Shown here: in pieces, positions 8,416-19,300 of the stretch
How the letters are laid out: the number at the start of each line of letters is the position of its first letter
Position numbering within the stretch: the stretch's first letter is position 1
Source of the DNA: an uncultured Halobacteriales archaeon
Lineage (GTDB): Archaea > Thermoplasmatota > E2 > JACPAO01 > JAHFTW01
DNA length: 64,000 bases
Direction of reading: 5' to 3'
NCBI GenBank assembly: GCA_964643795.1
Contig: CAZXUC010000004.1
Coordinates: forward strand, 38,526 to 102,525
Translations under genes and position numbers: made by a program
Notes under the pieces: model-generated
Database searches by the model: none
Seen by the model: the letters and a program-made list of their open reading frames with translations, nothing else
Told to the model about the DNA's origin: nothing

Positions 8416-8949
8416 TTAGGTCGCCCCGCACGCCTCGAGGTAAGCACCGAATTCCAGAGCCTTTTGCGTCGCCACTCGGATGTCCCGGATTCCCGTCAAC
8501 ACAAACGAACCAGTGGCATAGAGGAGAAACGTCGCCCCCTCCGTGCTCAGGTGAATCGCCGGGAATTGCTCGGGCTCGTACGAAATCGTGTACGGGATTT
8601 CCAACTGGGCGATGAATTCCAGGCTGCGCCGGAGCTTGACACGTCCAATGACCACCAGGTTCTGGACCACGGGCGTTCCGATTACCGCCTGGGAACCCCA
8701 ACTCGTCAGTTTGTCCTGGACCTGACCAAATCTAGCCTCGAATTCAGCCCGCGTTTTGGCACCGGGAGTGAGGACCTTTCCGCTTTGGTAGAACGCCGCG
8801 TAGAAGCCCGCCGGAGGCTAATGCGTTCCAAGCCAAGCGGACCGACCTTCGTCAAGCACACCGTGGTTGGCGAGGAGTACCCGAAGCCCCTCGAAGTCAA
8901 TTCCCGCAAGCGGGGCCATGGCCACGATGTTGACGGTGCGGAGATCCAT
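8416..8949 (-). pseudogene. TATA-box-binding-protein (TBP) paralogue, two repeats, interrupted by one in-frame TAG (8818-8820)
   Basis: Hand translation from ATG 8949 gives two segments: MDLRTVNIVAMAPLAGIDFEGL...LGTH*PPAGFYAAFYQSGKVLTPGAK, then ...VVQNLVVIGRVKL...ISYEPEQFPAIHL...LLYATGSFVLTGIRD... It aligns along the whole length of archaeal TBP (178 codons). Confidence 0.7.
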
Positions 8950-9416
8950 TAGACTGGCCTGCCACCAATTTTTTTTGAGGTTGGCTCAGTGATAAGAGAG
9001 GCAAGAATTTCGAAATCTGGTAACGAAATACCGCGAATTGCATGGCCGCGGAACGCCAACCCCCAAGCGCGGCCTTTAGGGACAAATGACAGGGAATCCA
9101 GGACGGGCTTGACAGGAGCTGGCGTTCCCCTCAGGATCACCCGGACGGGTACACTGAATGGATACCAGGTTGCGAACCCCGGCCGACGGGAAGTTGGGGC
9201 AGGCCCGCCAGTAGACTCGATGACGGCCGCGACGCCGCTGAAGGGCCCGAGTCTGGCCATCAGGTACACGACCGCTCGAGATCCGGGCCGGAAGGTCTCG
9301 GCGGCCCGTTCGGACTGAAAGCACCATTTACGCGCATCTAGCATGGACTCGTACGTAGTCCAGTCGGCGACAACGTAGAACCGAACGTTGCAATTGCCCG
9401 CGACATCGTAGGTCAA
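8949..9416 (-). CDS. PUA-like (EVE/ASCH-type) domain protein
   Basis: RFYVVADW...RPGSRAVVYLMARLGPFSGVAAVIES...WYPFSVPVRVIL...LSFV...AIRGISLPDFEILASLI follows the EVE-type pattern. TTG 9416 is the preferred start. Its TAA shares one nt with the TBP-like ATG (TAATG). Confidence 0.4.
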   Translation of the reverse strand: MTYDVAGNCNVRFYVVADWTTYESMLDARKWCFQSERAAETFRPGSRAVVYLMARLGPFSGVAAVIESTGGPAPTSRRPGFATWYPFSVPVRVILRGTPAPVKPVLDSLSFVPKGRAWGLAFRGHAIRGISLPDFEILASLITEPTSKKIGGRPV

Positions 9417-9503
9417 GTTGTGGCCTCTAGGCCCCGCCACACCGCACACCCATTTTGCTTCATCTCTGGAGGGACGACAGGAGGAAATGGGCGTATTCTT
9501 AAC

Positions 9504-9737
9504 GTGGCTCGAGGTCCCACGAGCGTGCCCTACGTGTACACCAGTCGTGATCAACGCTGGGTGCTCCACTCGCGTGACGTCCTGATGAAGGGCGGGCACA
9601 CATACCACTCGTACTACTTCTGCAAGGAGGGAAAAAAGCCAGCTAGCGGCAAGCCGACCGAGCTTCCTTCCGGAATGAAGGTCGGAGTAAACGTCCGAAC
9701 AGGGATGCCTTATCTGCAGCGCAAAAAGGCTAGCTGA
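9504..9737 (+). CDS. Small hypothetical protein
   Basis: ...WVLHSRDVLMKGGHTYHSYYFCKEGKKPASGKPTELPSGMKVGVNVRTGMPYLQRKK looks like a conserved small archaeal/bacterial protein type. GTG 9504 or ATG 9585 start. Confidence 0.35.
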   Translation: MARGPTSVPYVYTSRDQRWVLHSRDVLMKGGHTYHSYYFCKEGKKPASGKPTELPSGMKVGVNVRTGMPYLQRKKAS

Positions 9738-12381
9738 CTCGCATTTGCCTCGTGTGCGCGGCGGCTAGCCCCTTGAGCGTGGCACTCTCGCGTACGACGT
9801 CGTGTGGTACGAGCAGGTAGTGCCATGGCTTGCCGCCGTTCTTGCCCTCGAACTCGGTGGCGCGAGCGCACCATTCGAGGATGGCTTTGGTCTTCGCTTC
9901 AACGTCGGGGGCATCGAGTTCGTTGGCGGCCTTGGTCTCGCAAACGAACTTGGCCGTTTTCGTCTCGACGACGAAGTCGGGCACGTAGCCGCCTTCCTCG
10001 TAATAGACCGGGAAGTCCCGCTTCGACGGTCGGGTCCACTTCTCGACCTCGGGGTCCTTCTCGAGGATGATGGCGAAGACTCGCTCGGTGTCGGATTGGA
10101 ATTTCATCTCGTTGAAAAGGCACTTCGTGAAGCCGTTGAAGACGTAGCGCGTGATGGTGCGCTTGTCCTCGGGCGGGCTGCGTAGGTCACGGATGGGCTC
10201 GTTGACGCTCCGAGGCCAGATCTTCGGAGTCAGAGGGTTCATTCGTTCGGCTGGCTTGACTTCCCAACCCTGGACCCTTTGCACGACATGGCCTGGCCGT
10301 GTCATCTGGTCATGGATAGCATCCACGAGCTGACGGCGGTGGTAGCGCAGGACGTTGTCGACCTCGTCCGGCGTTTTGAGGTACGACCTGAGGTGGTCGA
10401 CCATCTGCTTGGCGAGCTTGTACAGGAGCCGGCGATCGCGACCGTAGTTGACGTCGTTGAAGTCCATCAGGCGGTACACCAGCAGGTCCTCGGGGCGGAC
10501 TGGCGTCAAGTTGGCCGACTGGAGGTGGATGGTGAAGGCCTTCTCGTCTTCGAGCTGCTGAATGAGGATTTCCTGCTTCACCGGCTTCACATTGATTCCG
10601 TTGGTGTCCAGGTCGAAGTCCTGGTACTCTACGGTCACTTCACCGTTGGGCTGCACGAGGATGTGAGGGACCTCGATTGTGAGAAACTCGCGAGCCTTCT
10701 GCACCTTTTGGATGACGAGCTCGATTTGCTTGGGGGTCACCGAAGGTGGCAAACGTTCCTTGGCTTCCTGGACGAGCTTCGCCCGGTTGTCCTCGTCGCT
10801 GAGGCCGGAGAGCATCGAAATGCCCGCCGTGCCATTCTCCAGGATGTCATTGACGGTGAGCGCGATGTCTTTCTCTTCCGGTTTGAAGGAGACCTGGGGA
10901 ATCTGCGTCGCGCCTGTGAGAACGTACGTCAACCGTGGCAATGCCTCGACCTTGACCTGCGTAGCGTCGGGGATGTCTTCGCCGATGTACACCTGGCGGA
11001 TGATGGAGCCCGTCTCGCGGGCGTACCGGACAATCTCGTCGAACTTGTCGTGCGCCACGATCGTTAGTCGGTCGACTTCGGCGACGCCGGTGCGTGTGCC
11101 ATAGGGCAGACGCAGGCCGCGGCCGATGCTTTGCTCCACGAGCGTCTTCGAGTCCGCGGCCTTCAGGGGGATGATTGTGTAGAGGTTTTTGACGTCCCAA
11201 CCTTCGGAGAGCATGTTGACATGCACGACCACCTCGATGGGGTTGTCGACACGTTCTACGGAGAGGAGCTTCTCGAGGTTCTCCGCGCCCTCAGCAGTGT
11301 CGAGGTTAGTGTGGATGACGAGGGTCTTGCCTGCGTACTTGCCATCGCAGAACTTCGCCGATTGCAGTTGTTCACCAAGCTGGTCGGCATGCGTGGTGTC
11401 GCGCGCGATGACGAGTACAAACGGTTTGACCAACGGCTTGCCTGTGCCGTGCGCGTACGCCTCGAGGGCGATCTTGGTATGCTCGTGGACCCGGAGACCG
11501 TCTTCCAGCTTCATGGCATCCATCTCGGCCACGGAGGATTCGCCGTAGTTCCGGCGCGTGGCGACGGCCGGCTCTTTGACGTAGCCATCTTTCATGGCGT
11601 TGGCGAGGAGATAGTGGTACACGATGTTCTGGAACTGGATTGCCGTCTTGCCCTCCATGACCTGGGGCGTTGCGGTCAACTCCAAGCCCAGAACGGGTCG
11701 AAGCTCGTTGATCGCGCGCAGGCCCGCGCTGGCGCGGTATCGATGCGACTCGTCCATCAGTAGAACGAGGTCGTCCAAGCCGCTGAGGTAGTCGAAATAA
11801 CTTTGGCCGATGTACTCCGAGAGGCGTTTGATGCGGGGCGCTTTCCCGCCGCGGACTTCGGAGTTGATTTTGCTGATGTTGAAGATGTTGATGTGGACGA
11901 CGTCTGTGTCGTCGCCGAGTTTCCGTTGTGCCCGGGCTTCGTTACGCACACCCCGGCCCGACTCGTAGTTGTCCCCCGTGATGATCTCCGGCGGGTTCGT
12001 CGCGAATTCGGCCAGGTTGGCTAACACATACTTGGGCATGTTTGGGGTAAAATCCGTGATGAGTTTGTTGTAGATGGTCAGGTTGGGGGCCAGAACAAAG
12101 AAGTGGCGGATTCCCCAGACCTTGTACAGATACGTGATGAAAGCACCCATCAGGCGCGTCTTTCCCACACCGGTCGCGATGTTGAAACAGAGGGAAGGGA
12201 AGTCACGTTCGAAGTCCTTGACAGTGGCGTATTTCCCGCGAATTGCTGCAAGTGCATCGGCGACGGGTTGTTCCTTGGTCAGCTCAATGCGTCCGCAGAT
12301 TTCTGCGAGGATGGCGAGACTTTCCCCAAGGGGGATTCGGAGGTCCATGCGCCTGCTGATGCTTTCGACTTGTGCGTCCAT
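9730..12381 (-). CDS. res: Type III restriction enzyme Res subunit (SF2 helicase + C-terminal PD-(D/E)xK nuclease)
   Basis: ATGVGKTRL (Walker A), LLMDESHRY (DEAH-like), LELTATP; C-terminal YVPDFVVE...CETK nuclease motif. Confidence 0.85.
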   Translation of the reverse strand: MDAQVESISRRMDLRIPLGESLAILAEICGRIELTKEQPVADALAAIRGKYATVKDFERDFPSLCFNIATGVGKTRLMGAFITYLYKVWGIRHFFVLAPNLTIYNKLITDFTPNMPKYVLANLAEFATNPPEIITGDNYESGRGVRNEARAQRKLGDDTDVVHINIFNISKINSEVRGGKAPRIKRLSEYIGQSYFDYLSGLDDLVLLMDESHRYRASAGLRAINELRPVLGLELTATPQVMEGKTAIQFQNIVYHYLLANAMKDGYVKEPAVATRRNYGESSVAEMDAMKLEDGLRVHEHTKIALEAYAHGTGKPLVKPFVLVIARDTTHADQLGEQLQSAKFCDGKYAGKTLVIHTNLDTAEGAENLEKLLSVERVDNPIEVVVHVNMLSEGWDVKNLYTIIPLKAADSKTLVEQSIGRGLRLPYGTRTGVAEVDRLTIVAHDKFDEIVRYARETGSIIRQVYIGEDIPDATQVKVEALPRLTYVLTGATQIPQVSFKPEEKDIALTVNDILENGTAGISMLSGLSDEDNRAKLVQEAKERLPPSVTPKQIELVIQKVQKAREFLTIEVPHILVQPNGEVTVEYQDFDLDTNGINVKPVKQEILIQQLEDEKAFTIHLQSANLTPVRPEDLLVYRLMDFNDVNYGRDRRLLYKLAKQMVDHLRSYLKTPDEVDNVLRYHRRQLVDAIHDQMTRPGHVVQRVQGWEVKPAERMNPLTPKIWPRSVNEPIRDLRSPPEDKRTITRYVFNGFTKCLFNEMKFQSDTERVFAIILEKDPEVEKWTRPSKRDFPVYYEEGGYVPDFVVETKTAKFVCETKAANELDAPDVEAKTKAILEWCARATEFEGKNGGKPWHYLLVPHDVVRESATLKGLAAAHTRQMRVS

Positions 12382-12384
12382 GGT

Positions 12385-14145
12385 TCACGGCTCCGAGTAG
12401 TTGAGCAGACTCACCGATTTTCGGCGTTCATCCTCCGTAATCGGTTTCTCCGGAGATTTTGCGGCCGGTGCGTCAGGAGCGTTTGGAAGGCTCTTGATTT
12501 CCAGGCTGTAATCGTCCTGGCCCCACTCGCAGCGGTGCAGAACGGTCTTGGGGATTTTCTTGACGACGAGGCGAGGGAAATCCGAGAGGCTCTTCGCAGT
12601 GAACGAGCCGCAACAGACGAGCAGACTCCGTTTCGGGCCAACTTGCTCGTTGAGCGTACGGAGCTGGTCGACGGTGAGCGTCTGCGTAGTAACGTAGAGG
12701 TAAGACTCGCCGGACGTTTTTCCGTGCTGCCAGTACACGGTGTCGCTTGGTTCGTACCGGTAGCCCTCGAGCTTGCAGACGGCCTCGGCTAGCATGGCGG
12801 GGTTGTAGTCCTTCGAGACAACCCAGTTGCCGAATTCATCTCGTTCGAGGAGCGAAGGCGCCAACTCGTAAAAGCGGAACCCCCCTCCCCCGGACCATGA
12901 AACGTTTTCCGTGATTCCGCCGTCGTCGGAACCATCGATAACTTGGTGGAGCCTGGGGAGGATGTGGGTTGTACAGTGTTCCCCAAGTTCCGCCATAATC
13001 CACCGGCGTCCCATTTTGTGCGCGACGGCGCCGGTGGTGCCGGAGCCGGCAAAGGAGTCGAGAACCCAATCGCCAGGGTTGGTCGCCAGCTCGAATACTC
13101 GCTTGATGAGGGCTTCGGGCTTCTTGCCCTTGGGGAACTCCACGCCGCCCTCGTTGTGAAGATTGTTGGACAAGATGTCGTCCCACAAGGTGGTCAGGGG
13201 CTCACCAGCAACATACTCCCCGTCAACCAGCTTGAGTTTGTCGGAGTAGAACAGAATGCGCTTGCCTCCGAGAAGATAGATGTCAGAATAATCCTGCCTC
13301 GCGAGCTTGAAAATTCGTTTCGGTGAGGCCTCAGACATGTCGATAAGCGTCTTCGCCTCGGCACTGACAGCGTCGTAGTCAGGACGGGCCAATTGTATGA
13401 CGCTCTTCGCGTTGTCGAGTACGAATTGGTCCATGAGTTCCGGCTTTTCCTTGACTAGTTTCCTGGCTTCCTTTTCGGGCAATTTTTGCGCTTCGGCGAA
13501 CGCTTTGTTGAGCGTGGTGAACTTCCACGCCTCGTGGTTCTCCCCAACGTTGAGGATGAACTGCCCGTACCGAGTGTCGCGCTCTCGCCCCGTGAACACC
13601 CGGCCGGGTTTCCAGAGGCCCTTGTTCTTGGCGTAGATCAGGACGTAGTTGGTCGTGTTCACGCACCCTGGATTGATCGACTTGTGGCCGGTGGCCGAGC
13701 CCTGTTTGAACGTGGCCACGGCAACGCGATTCGAGCGTCCGAGTGTTTCGTCCAGTAGGACAATCAGATACCCGAGCTCGTTGTCGTCAATGTGCACGAA
13801 AAGCGTGCCGTCGTTCGCAAGCAGGCGTTTGAGAATCTCCAGGCGGTCGCGCATCAGCGAGAGCCAGAGCGAGTGCTCGATCCCATCGTCGTAGTGTTCC
13901 ATCGCTTGCTGCGTATTGAACGGCGGGTCGATGTAGATGCACTTGATCCGGCCTGTGAACTCCTGTTCAAGGGCCTTCAGTGCCAGCAGGTTGTCGCCGT
14001 GGATGAGGCGATTGTCGAAGATGTCGTTGTCCGTGACTTTCGCCTTGGCGTGGTATGATTTCCCCTTGTCCTCGAGGAGGATGCGGGGTTCGAGGCGGGG
14101 GCGGTTCTCCTTGCCGACCCATGTGAGTTCGAGTCTGGTTGTCAT
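12385..14145 (-). CDS. mod: Type III R-M Mod DNA methyltransferase (beta-class amino-MTase)
   Basis: CIYIDPPFNT (motif IV) upstream of LDSFAGSGTTG (motif I); located immediately upstream of res. Confidence 0.85.
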   Translation of the reverse strand: MTTRLELTWVGKENRPRLEPRILLEDKGKSYHAKAKVTDNDIFDNRLIHGDNLLALKALEQEFTGRIKCIYIDPPFNTQQAMEHYDDGIEHSLWLSLMRDRLEILKRLLANDGTLFVHIDDNELGYLIVLLDETLGRSNRVAVATFKQGSATGHKSINPGCVNTTNYVLIYAKNKGLWKPGRVFTGRERDTRYGQFILNVGENHEAWKFTTLNKAFAEAQKLPEKEARKLVKEKPELMDQFVLDNAKSVIQLARPDYDAVSAEAKTLIDMSEASPKRIFKLARQDYSDIYLLGGKRILFYSDKLKLVDGEYVAGEPLTTLWDDILSNNLHNEGGVEFPKGKKPEALIKRVFELATNPGDWVLDSFAGSGTTGAVAHKMGRRWIMAELGEHCTTHILPRLHQVIDGSDDGGITENVSWSGGGGFRFYELAPSLLERDEFGNWVVSKDYNPAMLAEAVCKLEGYRYEPSDTVYWQHGKTSGESYLYVTTQTLTVDQLRTLNEQVGPKRSLLVCCGSFTAKSLSDFPRLVVKKIPKTVLHRCEWGQDDYSLEIKSLPNAPDAPAAKSPEKPITEDERRKSVSLLNYSEP

Positions 14146-16319
14146 GGTTGCACCGGGTTCGCGACAGCTTCGATGGCTTCCGATTGGGCTGGCGTCTGGT
14201 CGAAATGCACGATGGCGGTCGGCGCGAAGAGTCGTTCGAAAATGGCGAGGAACTCGTTCGTGTTACCCGAAACGCCATCAGGAACTGTCTGCGCAAGCGC
14301 CAGAACGGCCTCCTTGGTCGTTACCGTGGAGCGGAATTTGTCGGCACCTTCCGTCTTCTTGTCGGCGGCCACAGGGAATCCGTAGTAATCCTCGATGCAG
14401 CCCTTGTCCCAGACAATAATGCCCTCGACACGGAGGTCTCGCAACAATTCGAGTTTTTGCGCCCGAAGCGTCGCGTTTGTCGCCAAGGTATCGACGAGGG
14501 CGCGGTTGCGACCCAACTTTCCCTCCATCCAATCCATCGTTGCCTGGTCCGTCGCATCGATGGCTTGGCCCGCGTTGGCCTTGGTGATAATTCCCCGCAG
14601 TCGGGCGCCGGCCTCGCGCCAGGTGGTATTGGCCTGCTCAGCGTCAGCCTGGTACTCAGGACAAAGCGCCGCCGCCTGGGCGTGCAGCGCTGCTTGTCGA
14701 GCCTTCAGCGGTGAATCGGCGGCGAGAGGCAGCTCGCCAAACCCATGAACGATGCAATCCAAATCCGCGACCACCATGGTCTTGATTTTGAAATGCGAAA
14801 AGAAGTCTGCGAACCTGCCGAAGTTCCCCTTGCCTCCGACCTTTACCAACCGAACCCGCCCCTCTTCGAAATCCCAATCCGGGTTCAGCGCCAAAGCGAT
14901 ATGCTGGAGTGCCGTTACGTCCGTGTCCCCTTCTACCAGAACTACGGCGTCGGCAAAGAAGGCAGCATTGTGGTTTTCGTAACAGAGTACCTGGAACTGC
15001 GTCTTGAGCGGGAGTTTTTTCTGAAAATCAATGGACACCAGGTCGCTGAAGGGCCGCCCGTTGTTCGGATGTTCCTTGACCAACTTCGAGAAGGCGTTGG
15101 TGCGCGAGGCCGAGAAGAAGAGCGGCGAATGTGTGGTAACAATGACCTGCATGCCGCTCGACACGGCATGAAGCGCCTCGAAGAGTAATTTCTGGGCAGT
15201 CGGATGCAGGAAAATCTCGGGCTCTTCGAACATGAGGATGTGCTTGCCTGGTGCCGCATTTGGATTCCATTCGGGCCGCTTTGCCAATTCACTGTAGGCC
15301 CGCAGAAGTGCGAAAATCACAGCCCGTTTGAGTCCGTCGCCCTTAGTTTCGACCGGGCCAGGCACCGCGTCATCGAACAGGATTTGCCCGCGTTGCAGAA
15401 TCAGTTTTGGTTCGGGTGGAGGGATGCTCAGTTTTACAGAAACGGTGGGGAAGCTTTCTTGCAGATGAATCTGAACCTCTTTTTCCAAGTCCCTGACCTG
15501 TTGCAAGCGCTTGTCTTCCGTCTTGCCCGAGGCATCAGTCTTCACGTTCAGCATGGCATCAAGTTTCGCCAACTCGGATTTGAACGTCGCAATCTCGCCG
15601 CTGATTGAGTTCAGAAGTAGTCCAATCAGCTTTCCGAAGGCCGAGCTACCGGCGGTCCCCATGTCGCTTGAAACATCGCGGACAGCCGGTACGAAAATCA
15701 CGTCCGGAAACAGCGCCTTAACGCTAGCGTCGATTCCAGTTGGAAGCGGCAGGTCATCGCGGTCCTGGAATTCGCCCTCTCCAAACGAAGCGACGTGGCC
15801 GTCGAAAACCTCGCGGAAGTCCTTCTGAGCCTTCGGAGGCGGGTTCTTGGCGGCAATGGCGGCCTTGAGATCGGGGTAGGCTTGCTCAACTGACGTTTTG
15901 AGGTCCGCGCCCTTCTTGCCCGCTACAACTTCATCAAAGGTCGCGGTTCGCCAGTTCACGTTCTTTGGTTCAGAGCCGGTCCTCGTGAGCTTGGCTTTCT
16001 GGCCGATGGCGGCCGTGTATGTTAGCTTGAACACGTTGGCTTTGATTGCGCTCTTGAGCCTTTCCCGGTGTTCCTCGTCGGAAACCGCGACCAAATCCTT
16101 GTCCGTGATGGTGGTTGTAACGGCAATGATGATAGGTTCCTTGGAATCGTAGTAGTCAGAGTCCGAAGGCGTTCTGGTTCCCAAGAACGTCTGCATTGCT
16201 TGGAGCACGGAGGATTTGCCCGCATTGTTTTCGCCGATAATGCAGTTGAAATGCGAGAGGCGGAGCGTGACGTCCTTCAGTGCGCGGAAATTCTGGATTC
16301 GTACGGACTCGATTTGCAA
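14142..16319 (-). CDS. OLD-family ATPase-Toprim nuclease
   Basis: MQIESVRIQNFRAL...IIGENNAGKSS (AAA15 head/Walker A) and AFFADAVVLVEGDTDV (Toprim). TTG start abuts the SNF2 stop; its stop overlaps the mod ATG. Confidence 0.8.
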   Translation of the reverse strand: MQIESVRIQNFRALKDVTLRLSHFNCIIGENNAGKSSVLQAMQTFLGTRTPSDSDYYDSKEPIIIAVTTTITDKDLVAVSDEEHRERLKSAIKANVFKLTYTAAIGQKAKLTRTGSEPKNVNWRTATFDEVVAGKKGADLKTSVEQAYPDLKAAIAAKNPPPKAQKDFREVFDGHVASFGEGEFQDRDDLPLPTGIDASVKALFPDVIFVPAVRDVSSDMGTAGSSAFGKLIGLLLNSISGEIATFKSELAKLDAMLNVKTDASGKTEDKRLQQVRDLEKEVQIHLQESFPTVSVKLSIPPPEPKLILQRGQILFDDAVPGPVETKGDGLKRAVIFALLRAYSELAKRPEWNPNAAPGKHILMFEEPEIFLHPTAQKLLFEALHAVSSGMQVIVTTHSPLFFSASRTNAFSKLVKEHPNNGRPFSDLVSIDFQKKLPLKTQFQVLCYENHNAAFFADAVVLVEGDTDVTALQHIALALNPDWDFEEGRVRLVKVGGKGNFGRFADFFSHFKIKTMVVADLDCIVHGFGELPLAADSPLKARQAALHAQAAALCPEYQADAEQANTTWREAGARLRGIITKANAGQAIDATDQATMDWMEGKLGRNRALVDTLATNATLRAQKLELLRDLRVEGIIVWDKGCIEDYYGFPVAADKKTEGADKFRSTVTTKEAVLALAQTVPDGVSGNTNEFLAIFERLFAPTAIVHFDQTPAQSEAIEAVANPVQP

Positions 16320-19300
16320 CTACATCACACTCCACTGAATCGTAAACAAGTTCTCCACCGTCGCTTCCTTGGTCATCTTGAGGCGCATGGCCTCGATGAA
16401 GGTCCCGGTCTCCGCGCGGATGGCGTCCAGGGCCTCGAAGTAGGCTTGTCTGGCCTTACGTTGGCGGTCCAAGAGGTTCGCCTCCTTCTGCTTGAGTTCA
16501 ACCTTGCGCTGGAAGTCCGTTTCGCGGCGCATCTGGCGCACGATGTCATCCAGAAGGGCGTCAATCTCTTCCTCGGTCTTCTTGGCGGAGGTCTTGCGGT
16601 CCTCGGACCACTCCTCAAGGCGCCCTTGCTCTTCCTCGAAGAACTTGCGGTTCGTTTCCATGACGGCTGTCACCTGGGCTTCGACGGCGAGCTGGGCGTT
16701 CATGCCGAGCCTGGTTGCGATCGGCTCTGGAATCGTGGCCGGGGTTACGCGGGGTGAAGGAAGTTGGAACAACTTGTCCGCTGTCTCGGCATCGACTGGG
16801 TCCCCTTTCTCGGTAAGGGCGCTGAGAAGGATGTGCTCCTCTGCCCCGAAGGATTTGACATGGAGTTTCGTTGCCGTGAGCCATCCTGATTGGCCTTTGA
16901 GTTTCTCAAGGACTGTGATTTTTCCTTGGTGCCCCGTGAGTTTGAACTCGACCTTGGCCACGCCGAGCCCCATCGCCTTGGCCGTTTGCAGGACGTACTC
17001 ACCAAGGGGATGTGAGATGCGGTACAGGATGTCGTCGCCCTCCGCTTCGAGTTGTCCGCTCTTGCTGCGCTGGATCAACTGGTATGGCCCCGCGCGGATG
17101 TTGGCCGCGGGGCTCTTGTTGAGACGGAACTCGTGTGTGGAGTCCGTGAATTTGGCTGCGTCGGCCAGCACGTACTTCGTGGTTCGCCAGAACATGTCCT
17201 CGATGCGGCCCAACCGTTGCTGCGCTTCTGCGAAGGAGTTGCGGAACCGCTGTTGGACTTCCGTGTCGAAGTTCTCCAACAGTTTCTGGCGCACGTCCAC
17301 GAAGCGCCGCTTGATGGATTCCGCCATCTCCTCTTGGAGACCCGCGAACTCGCGTTCGATATCGCGACGGTTGCGGCACCTTTGGTAGATTTCTAGGACC
17401 TTCTTCTCGAAGTCAATTCCCGATTCAACGGTCCCCAGCACCTCGTCGCTTGACCCAAAAACGCCCTTAAACAAGTGGAATTTCTCAGTAAGTAGTTCGA
17501 GCACCCGGCGATCGGCTTCGTTCTCGCTGTTGAGGAAGTTCACCACGGCAACATCGTACAGTTGGCCGTAGCGGTGACACCGTCCAATGCGTTGCTCGAT
17601 GCGCTGAGGGTTCCATGGTAAGTCGTAGTTGATGATGAGGGAACAGAATTGGAGGTTCACGCCCTCGCCGCCGGCTTCTGTGGCAATCATGATTGCGGCG
17701 CTGTCCCGGAAATGCTCGATGAGCGCCGTCCGCTGGTCGATATTCCGGCTGCCGCTTGAACGCCCAAGGGGCTCGTTGACCTTCAGCCAGGCATCGTAGA
17801 TCTTGCGCGACTCCGGGTCGTTGGGCTGCCCGTTGAACAGGACAACTTCACCCGCATAGCCATTGGATTCGAGGTACTTCTTGAGGTAATCCTGGGTCCG
17901 GCGGGACTCCGTGAAGACCAGCGCCTTGCGGGCGGCTCCAAGTTTTGCCATCTCTTCGAATCCCTTGGACAATCCAGTGATGAGTGCCTGGGATTTCGAG
18001 TCCACCGTGATGCCGCGGGCGACCCTGATGAATTCGGATAGCTCGCCAATCTCTGCCTTCAACTTCACCGGGTCGACGGGTTGTTCCTCGACAGGAGCGT
18101 CGTCTTCGAATTCTTCCGCTTCATCCTCGTCAATGACCTCGTCCTCCAGCAGGGACTCGATGAGGTTCTTGTCAGTCTCCTTACCGTCCAGCTTGCCTTG
18201 AAGGCGACCGCGAATCTTCTCCAACGTGGATGCCAAAGCGGAACTGGACGAAGCCAGAATCTTGCGGAGCATCAGGACCATGAGTTGGTACTGACCGCGA
18301 GGAAGCGAATAGGTATCGCCTCGTTGCAGGAACTTGCTGACCTCCTCGTGGAGCCAGTTCTCCGGCTGCGACGGGTCGAACGGGACCGTGATCGGGAACC
18401 GCTTCGTGTACGGAATGTATTCCTTGACGTCGCGCCGAAGAGTCCGCCACAGCAGCGGTTTCAGGCGATGCCGGAGTTGCTCGAAGTCGGCGTCGGGCCC
18501 TCCGAATTGCGCCTTGAAGGATTCTCGGTCGCCAAAGGCGTGTTCGTCAACAAACGTTGCCAGGGAATGAAGTTCGTCCAGCCGGTTCTGGAGCGGGGTA
18601 GCCGTGAGCAGAATCTTGCGGCACGATTTGAGGGATTCGCGCAGGTTCGTTGCTGCCTGCGTCTTGGCGTTGCGAAGCCGGTGTGCTTCGTCGATGACGA
18701 CCAGGTCCCACGGGACCTTTGCCAAGTCGTCCTTGCACTTGCTGGCATAGAGGTACGACACAATGACGACGCTCGCGTCTTGCTGGAACGGGTTGCCGTA
18801 ACCCTGTTTCCGAAGTGTTTGGTATTCTTTGCCGTCGAGGACGATTCCGGGGAGGCTGAACTTTCCGCTTAGCTCCAGCTGCCACTGCTTGCGAATGGAT
18901 GCCGGGCAGATGACAAGGAGACGTCGCTTGCGTTCAGCCCAAAATTGGCAAAGAACCAGGCCGGCCTCAATCGTCTTCCCGAGACCAACTTCGTCGGCAA
19001 GGATGACCCCCTTTGAGAGTGGTGAGCGAAGTGCGAACACGCCGGCTTCGACCTGGTGCGGCTGAAGATCCACGCGGGCGTCAAAGAGCGATTGTGAGAC
19101 GCGACCAACGCCGCCTGCAGGAGCCATGCGAGTCACCTCGTGCGCAAAGAGGCGTGCGTGGTATGCCGAGACACCGTGGATTGCCGGCGGCACATTCCCG
19201 GAGACAGACTGAAGAGTGGGAGTGTAGCGCTCCGCCGGGGCAGCTTCGGTCCGAAGGGCGACGCCTTCGGGCTGGTTCTGTTCGGCTCTGATTGCGCGCG

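Noticed and set aside
8818-8820. In-frame TAG in the TBP-like gene as a pyrrolysine or recoded codon.
   Set aside because: TAG is used as an ordinary stop by several well-supported genes in the window (GmrSD-like at 5888, SNF2 at 16320, CD-NTase at 29151). No pyl genes are seen. A pseudogene or sequencing error is simpler.
8464-8952. Plus-strand 162-aa ORF and minus-strand 67-aa ORF (8706-8909) in the TBP-like region.
   Set aside because: Both are out of frame or antisense to a reading frame that aligns with TBP along its whole length.
15577-15586. gatttgaacg, a T-loop-like string identical to part of the tRNA, considered as a second tRNA or att copy.
   Set aside because: It lies inside the OLD-family CDS with no flanking stems, so it is a 10-mer coincidence.
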